Assembly (NCBI GenBank): GCA_963726965.1
Contig: CAVSEI010000011.1
Location: forward strand, 441,915-505,914
Source: an uncultured Actinomycetes bacterium
GTDB lineage: Bacteria; Actinomycetota; Acidimicrobiia; IMCC26256; DASPTH01
Reading direction: 5' to 3'
Length of the DNA stretch: 64,000 bases
The position numbers and the translations under genes were made by a program. Positions 63,652 through 64,000 of this stretch are shown here, in pieces (the first letter of the stretch is position 1; every line of letters starts with the position of its first letter). The notes below the pieces were generated by a model that had not been told where the DNA came from, did no database searches, and worked only from the letters and a program-made list of their open reading frames with translations.

Positions 63652-64000
63652 TCGTTCCCGACCTGCGCGGCTACGGCGACAGTGATCTGTCGGCCGACGA
63701 TGTCTACGACCTGGCGGTCTACTCGCGCGACGTCCATGCGCTCGTGCACGACGTGCTCGGTCACGAGACGCTGCGCGATCGCGGGCGGTGACGTCGGCGG
63801 TGTCGTCGCCGTCGACCTGGTGCACCGTTTCCCTGGCTTCGTCGAGCGGCTCTGCTTCTTCAACACCGTGCCACCGGCCGCGCTCGACGAGTACGCCGCG
63901 GCCGGACTCGACTACGGCTCGCTCAGCGCGCTGAACGACGGTCCCACCGGTGACTACCGCGAACTGCAGGGCGCACGCCCCGACGAGCTGGCCGCGATGC
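63424..64000 (+). pseudogene. alpha/beta-hydrolase (epoxide-hydrolase/haloacid-dehalogenase-like HGYP type), 5' part; two apparent frameshifts; continues past the window end
   Basis: The frame of ORF 62928..63791 gives EFTIHRSVVADDLSLAYVREGLGGHPLVLLHGYPETKRIWWRNIAPLAAAGFEVIVPDLRGYGDSD...VHDVLGHE. After a frame change near 63766-63770 it reads RCAIAGGDVGGVVAVDLVHRFPGFVERLCFFNTVPP... to position 64000. No start codon exists in the first frame. The only candidate start is GTG 63424 in the NTF2 frame, which needs a frame change at a G-run near 63483-63488. Confidence 0.65.

Noticed and set aside
1-64000. Programmed ribosomal frameshifting or transcriptional slippage as an explanation for the frame breaks.
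   Set aside because: There are too many breaks in unrelated genes, in both +1 and -1 directions. I saw no slippery heptamers or conserved downstream structures, and several genes need two or more shifts. Indel error or decay is far more parsimonious.
1-64000. A search for rRNA, tRNA, CRISPR arrays, IS elements, integrases, phage genes, toxin-antitoxin pairs and defence systems.
   Set aside because: Nothing resembling these was seen. Intergenic spacers are at most about 160 bp. I found no repeat-spacer periodicity, no transposase, integrase or recombinase motifs in any frame I read, and no terminal inverted repeats flanking a gene block.

Overview
This is a very GC-rich, almost entirely coding chromosomal segment. 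I count about 62 protein genes and saw no rRNA, tRNA, CRISPR array, IS element or transposase. The gene families look Actinomycetota-like, including F420-type LLM oxidoreductases, a Ddn-like deazaflavin enzyme and mycobacterial-type lipid genes.

The window is one dense acyl-CoA (lipid, steroid or branched-acid type) catabolic island. It contains:
- 9 acyl-CoA dehydrogenase genes, including three adjacent long/short pairs.
- Five family-III (CaiB/BaiF) CoA-transferase domains. One is alpha-methylacyl-CoA-racemase-like and two form a tandem two-domain gene.
- Three DUF35 plus SCP-x/Ltp-type thiolase modules and one true thiolase.
- A split MaoC hydratase pair, 2 crotonases and 2 acyl-CoA synthetases.
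- 2 aldehyde dehydrogenases and 6 SDRs, two of which resemble 3-alpha-hydroxysteroid dehydrogenases.
- 4 amidohydrolase_2 paralogs and NTF2/SnoaL-fold proteins.
- A PhyH dioxygenase with an SCP2-like N-terminus.
- 2 TetR regulators.
- A LivK/LivHM-type uptake system with no ATPase genes.

Three observations stand out:
1. A 15-17 bp palindrome, (T)CTGACG-N3-CGTCAG(A), occurs seven times. All copies lie in promoter or start-codon regions, and one sits in front of a TetR gene. This looks like a locus-wide operator.
2. An HMG-CoA-synthase-like/DUF35 fusion has substitutions at all recognisable catalytic residues and has no zinc-ribbon cysteines. It is coupled to an SCP-x thiolase.
3. I count about 35 reading-frame breaks in about 22 genes, mostly at (GC)n or short homopolymer runs. 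One acyl-CoA synthetase carries 6-8 of them.

All homology calls are by-eye motif recognition. No database search or computation was run.
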